Assembly: GCA_963666345.1 (NCBI GenBank)
Contig: OY762721.1
Location: 480,001 to 544,000 of the forward strand
DNA from: Desulfatiglandales bacterium
GTDB lineage: Bacteria; Desulfobacterota; DSM-4660; Desulfatiglandales; Desulfatiglandaceae
DNA: 64,000 bases
Direction of reading: 5' to 3'
A program made the position numbers and the translations under genes. Positions 59,734 through 64,000 of the stretch are shown in pieces. The stretch's first letter is position 1, and every line of letters begins with the position of its first letter. The notes beneath the pieces are model-generated. The model was given only the letters and a program-made list of their open reading frames with translations. It searched no databases and had not been told where the DNA came from.

Positions 59734-61815
59734 CTATATCGAAAACCTGGAAAAATCCGCAACCGCGATGAAGATGCGCCGCAGGCGCTGCAACATGCCT
59801 ATCCTGTTGTTTCTCAGGGCTTCGCTCTCTTTTGTGAGGATCTCCACCCCCTCAAAAAAATCATCTACAGGGCCGACAAGTCCCGTCATCAGGTTCATGG
59901 CCTCGAGATAACCGCCTCTTTCGGCAAAGGCAAACAGCTCCGGCTCCATGCCTTTACAGGCCTCGAACAGGGCGGTTTCGCACTCGTGCCTGAAAAGAGA
60001 AGGATCAACCTCATAAGAGCCCTTCTCCTTTTTGAGCATATTGGTGATCCTTTTCGAGGTAAGCGCGATATCCTGAAATCTGTCCGATTCGGCTGAAAAT
60101 CTTCCCAGATCCCCCACCTTTTTTCTCAGCCGCCCCAGTCTGTCGAAATCAACGGATATCACCGCCTCCAAAACATCGGAGTCATACCCGGACCTCAACA
60201 TCATCTGCCTGTACCGCTCCCTCATGAATTCGACAATTCGATGAAGCACCTGTGAGGAATCAAACTCCAGTTTCTCTTTCAGAAGATCGAGACAACTTTC
60301 GAAGGTCTCTGTCAAAGATATATCCCAGCCCCTCGCCTCCAGTATCCTTATCACGGCAAGTGCGTGCCTTCTGAGGGCAAAGGGGTCGGCGCTCCCGGTA
60401 GGTTCAAGACCTATGGCGAAATACCCCGCTATGGTGTCCATGCGGTCGGCTATTCCCACCACAGCCCCGATATCCGTCAAAGGAAGTTCGCCTCCCGCCC
60501 TCAGGGGCCGGTAATGATCCTCTATGGCCTGGCAGACATCCTCTTTGTGCCCGTCCATCCTGGCGTATTCTTTTCCCATTATCCCCTGAAGAGAGGGGAA
60601 CTCCCCTACCATCTGCGTTATCAGATCGCACTTGCACAGCTCAGCCGCGACAGCTGCATCCTCAGCCTTTTCCGGGATAAGAACTCCCGCAAGCCTTACG
60701 GCCAGGTTCCTGAAACGCATAACCTTGGCGTATGACGTGCCCAGTTCGGCCTGGTATATTACACCCTTAAGCGCCTCTTTTCTTTCGGCAAGCGGGGTCT
60801 TTGCATCCTCCTTGAAGAAAAAATCCGCGTCGGACAGCCTTGCCCTCAGCACCCTTTCGTGCCCTCTGGTCACGATCGATTCATCCCTGGTCCCGGTGTT
60901 GTTCACAGCCACAAAGTGGGGCATCAATTCACCCTCGCCGCTGTATATGGCAAAGTATTTCTGATGCTCTCTCATGGCGGTGATAAGGACCTTTTCCGGC
61001 AGGGCCAGAAAATTTTCCTCAAATGAACCGCACACAGCCGAAGGAAACTCGACAAGGTTGGCAACGGTTGAAACCAGTTCCGGGTCCTCGGAAGGCGCCC
61101 CCCCTACCCTCCCGGCGGCCTCAAAGGCCTGTTTTTCGACCAGGGCTTCCCTTTCATCCGGTTCAATTATGACGAATGAGTCCCTCATCCTGCGCCGGTA
61201 ATCCTCAAAGCAGGTCACATCCATCCCGCCGGGTGACATAAAGCGATGACCGAAAGTCCGGCAGCCCGCTTTAACCGCCGCAAACTCAAACGGGATTACT
61301 TCTCCCTCCATAAGGGCGACAATCCAGTGAATCGGTCTTGCAAAGGCAACTCCTACGTCGCCCCAGCGCATCGATTTGGGCCAGGGGACGGCGGATATCA
61401 TCTGAGGCAGGGCTTCGGAAAGTATTTCCCGGGCCTTTCTGCCCGGGATCGTCTGCTTGCAGTAGAGATATTCGCCCTTTTCCGTCCGGATGCAGGTAAG
61501 ATCCGAGACATCAAGCCCCTGTTTCTTCGCAAATCCGTGCGCGGCCCTGGTGGGATTTCCCTCATCATCGTAGGCGACCTTTTTTGGCGGGCCGGTAATC
61601 TCCTGAACCATGTCTTCCTGTTTTTCGGGAACCCCCTCGCATACAAGCACGAGCCTCCTTGGGGTTCCATAGACCTTTGCCCCCCCTTGGGCCATCAGAC
61701 GGTTTTCCTTCAAGGTGCCCTCGGCAAGACGCATCAGCTCCATGAGGCCCTTTTTGATATACCCGGAAGGAATCTCTTCGGTTCCGATCTCTAAAAAAAG
61801 TTCAGCCACTTCCAA
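59734..61815 (-). CDS. glyS: glycine--tRNA ligase beta subunit
   Basis: LEIGTEEIP, GTPRRL, WPKSMRWG, VLRARLSDA.FF, GSADPFALRR. Confidence 0.96.
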   Translation of the reverse strand: MEVAELFLEIGTEEIPSGYIKKGLMELMRLAEGTLKENRLMAQGGAKVYGTPRRLVLVCEGVPEKQEDMVQEITGPPKKVAYDDEGNPTRAAHGFAKKQGLDVSDLTCIRTEKGEYLYCKQTIPGRKAREILSEALPQMISAVPWPKSMRWGDVGVAFARPIHWIVALMEGEVIPFEFAAVKAGCRTFGHRFMSPGGMDVTCFEDYRRRMRDSFVIIEPDEREALVEKQAFEAAGRVGGAPSEDPELVSTVANLVEFPSAVCGSFEENFLALPEKVLITAMREHQKYFAIYSGEGELMPHFVAVNNTGTRDESIVTRGHERVLRARLSDADFFFKEDAKTPLAERKEALKGVIYQAELGTSYAKVMRFRNLAVRLAGVLIPEKAEDAAVAAELCKCDLITQMVGEFPSLQGIMGKEYARMDGHKEDVCQAIEDHYRPLRAGGELPLTDIGAVVGIADRMDTIAGYFAIGLEPTGSADPFALRRHALAVIRILEARGWDISLTETFESCLDLLKEKLEFDSSQVLHRIVEFMRERYRQMMLRSGYDSDVLEAVISVDFDRLGRLRKKVGDLGRFSAESDRFQDIALTSKRITNMLKKEKGSYEVDPSLFRHECETALFEACKGMEPELFAFAERGGYLEAMNLMTGLVGPVDDFFEGVEILTKESEALRNNRIGMLQRLRRIFIAVADFSRFSI

Positions 61816-61964
61816 CCCCTGTTATCCGTTCAATGTCCGTTAATCGTTCCTGATCCGCCGGCAAATTAACATCCGCGGCGTATCAGATAATACCCCTCAC
61901 CCTTCGCTCCTCCGGGCCTTGCATCTCACCTTGCCGGTGTCCGGGACCCGCAATACCATGCCGC

Positions 61965-62834
61965 TTAATTCCTCAAAAGAGGATGTCCCATCTCCTGTCT
62001 CTGGGCCACGTAATTTCTGGAGGCGACCCTGGCAAGGTTTCTTATCCTCTCGATATAGTGGGTCCTTTCCGATACGCTTATCGCGCCCCTTGCATCCAGT
62101 ATATTAAAGGCATGGGAACACTTGAGGCAGTAATCATAGGCAGGCAGCACCAGCCCCTTTTCCGCGGTCCTGAGAGACTCAATTTCATACATCTCAAACA
62201 TCTTTACAAGCATTTTCACATCGGCTATTTCAAAATTATATTTGGAAAGCTCCCATTCCCCCTTTTTGTGGACATCCCCGTAGGTTATGCTGTCGTTCCA
62301 CATCAGGTCATACACATCCTCTTTTTCCTGAAGATACATGGCGATCCTCTCCAGGCCATAGGTGATCTCTACTGAAATCGGATCAAGCCTTATGCTTCCC
62401 GCCTGCTGAAAATAGGTAAACTGGGTTATTTCCATTCCGTCAAGCCACACCTCCCATCCGAGTCCGGAGGCCCCCAGGGTGGGGGACTCCCAGTCGTCCT
62501 CCACGAACCTTATGTCGTGATCCATCGGATCTACACCAAGGACCTTTAGACTTCCAAGATACAGATCCTGCACATCGAGCGGCGAGGGCTTGATAATGAC
62601 CTGGTATTGATAGTAGTGACCCAGCCGGTTGGGGTTTTCTCCGTATCTCCCGTCGGTCGGTCTTCTTGACGGTTCCACATAGGCAACCGACCATGGTTCG
62701 GGGCCCAGGACCCTGAGAAGGGTCGCGGGGTTGAAGGTGCCCGCCCCCACCTCGATATCATAGGGCTGCTGGATCACGCATCCGTAATCCGCCCAGTATC
62801 TTCCAAGTGTGAATATGAGTTCTTGAAAATTCAT
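61965..62834 (-). CDS. glyQ: glycine--tRNA ligase alpha subunit
   Basis: [47 protein letters not shown]. Confidence 0.97.
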   Translation of the reverse strand: MNFQELIFTLGRYWADYGCVIQQPYDIEVGAGTFNPATLLRVLGPEPWSVAYVEPSRRPTDGRYGENPNRLGHYYQYQVIIKPSPLDVQDLYLGSLKVLGVDPMDHDIRFVEDDWESPTLGASGLGWEVWLDGMEITQFTYFQQAGSIRLDPISVEITYGLERIAMYLQEKEDVYDLMWNDSITYGDVHKKGEWELSKYNFEIADVKMLVKMFEMYEIESLRTAEKGLVLPAYDYCLKCSHAFNILDARGAISVSERTHYIERIRNLARVASRNYVAQRQEMGHPLLRN

Positions 62835-63130
62835 TGTTCCCTCCCGAGGCCTTGATCGGCAAGGCCGAAAACGTTCATTTCAGAATCGAAGAACATTATC
62901 ACCGGCGCCTGTTACTGTCAAGAAACCCGAATGCGCTTTAACCATTTGCCTCTTAAAACCTTGAACCCTGCATAGGCAGCGGCGGAAACATGCCGATCGC
63001 TTATAAATAATCATTTACCTGATAATCTCACAGCGGGTTACCCCGGTGCCCGGGCCATTTTTACATTTGAAATATGCCTGTGGTAATGATATTTCAGTTA
63101 TAAACCTGTCAACAAAAAAGAAAGACTCCT

Positions 63131-63784
63131 ATGATCAGAAAAATCGACTACCGCCTTGCAAGGGAGAGGATGGTAAAGACCCAGCTCATACCGAGAGGCA
63201 TCAAAGACCCCCTTGTGCTTCAGGCCATGAACAAGATCCCCAGAGACCGTTTTGTAGAAGAGGCCCTTGTTGGAGAAGCGTACAACGACCACCCCCTTCC
63301 CATAGGTCATCAGCAAACCATTTCCCAGCCCTACATAGTCGCCCTCATGACCGAAGCGCTGGAACTGACAGGTAAGGAAAAGACCCTGGAGATCGGCACA
63401 GGCAGCGGTTATCAGACCGCCCTGCTTGCCGAGCTTTCCTGGAAGGTTTACACGGTGGAAAGGATACGGGACCTCATGGTGTCGGCCAGGAACACCCTTG
63501 CCGCTCTGGGATATGACAGAATCCTGTTCAAGGCGTATGACGGCACGCTCGGGTGGAAGGAATTTGAGCCCTATGATGCCATTATCGTCACCGCCGGCGC
63601 GCCCGACATACCTCAGCCCCTTGTCGATCAGCTCGCAGAGGGGGGGCGTCTTATTGTCCCAACAGGGGGGAGATTCAGCCAGGAGCTGATAAAACTCACC
63701 AGAAAAAAAGGCGATTTCATAATGGAGAACCTCGGAGGATGCCGCTTCGTGGACCTGATAGGTGTTCACGGGTGGGAGCAATAA
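63131..63784 (+). CDS. pcm: protein-L-isoaspartate O-methyltransferase
   Basis: QTISQPYIVA, LEIGTGSGYQ, PYDAIIVTAGA, QLAEGGRL. Confidence 0.95.
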   Translation: MIRKIDYRLARERMVKTQLIPRGIKDPLVLQAMNKIPRDRFVEEALVGEAYNDHPLPIGHQQTISQPYIVALMTEALELTGKEKTLEIGTGSGYQTALLAELSWKVYTVERIRDLMVSARNTLAALGYDRILFKAYDGTLGWKEFEPYDAIIVTAGAPDIPQPLVDQLAEGGRLIVPTGGRFSQELIKLTRKKGDFIMENLGGCRFVDLIGVHGWEQ

Positions 63785-64000
63785 TGGGTTCAAGGGCTGA
63801 ACGGACACGACGTAAAAGATCGACAAAGCTCGCCCCTGCTGAATACTTAAGAAACCGGATCAGCATGTCTGTTTTCAATCACGGCCCTGCACAAATCATT
63901 AAAAACCTGTTGTTTGGCCCTTTTTTTTGAACAAAAAAAAATAAGTTTGAATAATATATCAATTATGATATCATTCGGTGCTTAATATTTGGCAGGTTTC

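Noticed and set aside
1..64000. CRISPR arrays, tRNA/rRNA genes, prophage, reverse transcriptase/DGR, intact transposases
   Set aside because: No repeat-spacer periodicity, cloverleaf or hallmark proteins seen by eye; a tRNAscan/Infernal/CRISPR finder run would be definitive

Overview
Chromosomal segment from a Desulfobacterota-like (deltaproteobacterial) anaerobe; the taxonomy is inferred from gene content and order only. Most of the window is housekeeping. There are two minus-strand envelope clusters: lysS-lolE-lolD-bamA-skp-lpxD-fabZ-lpxA-lpxI-gnnA-like-lpxB-NtrX-like regulator, and lpxC / DUF4390-like-NtrY-like kinase-waaA-lpxK-lpxL-waaF-gmhB-heptosyltransferase-Trm112. Other core genes are hisI-hisG, rlmN, archaeal-type thyA, engB, glyQS, mltA and pcm. 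An accessory middle region (~21.6-47 kb) holds acyl-CoA ligases, an octaheme HAO-like cytochrome, a two-component/c-di-GMP module and a TetR-regulated efflux system without an ATPase. Features outside the ORF track: (i) a CxxU Rdx/SelW selenoprotein; (ii) an orphan sigma54 promoter with a ~300-nt GGA-rich noncoding unit and terminator-like hairpin (candidate sRNA); (iii) a consensus sigma54 promoter and enhancer sites on a monocistronic lpxC, with a probable cognate NtrY/NtrX pair split between the two LPS clusters; (iv) a ~100-nt pseudoknotted RNA element upstream of an XRE-cupin/acyl-CoA ligase operon; (v) a MITE-like repeat family; (vi) four-helix-bundle gene relics. No tRNA, rRNA, CRISPR array or intact transposase was seen. 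All calls are by eye, with no database searches.
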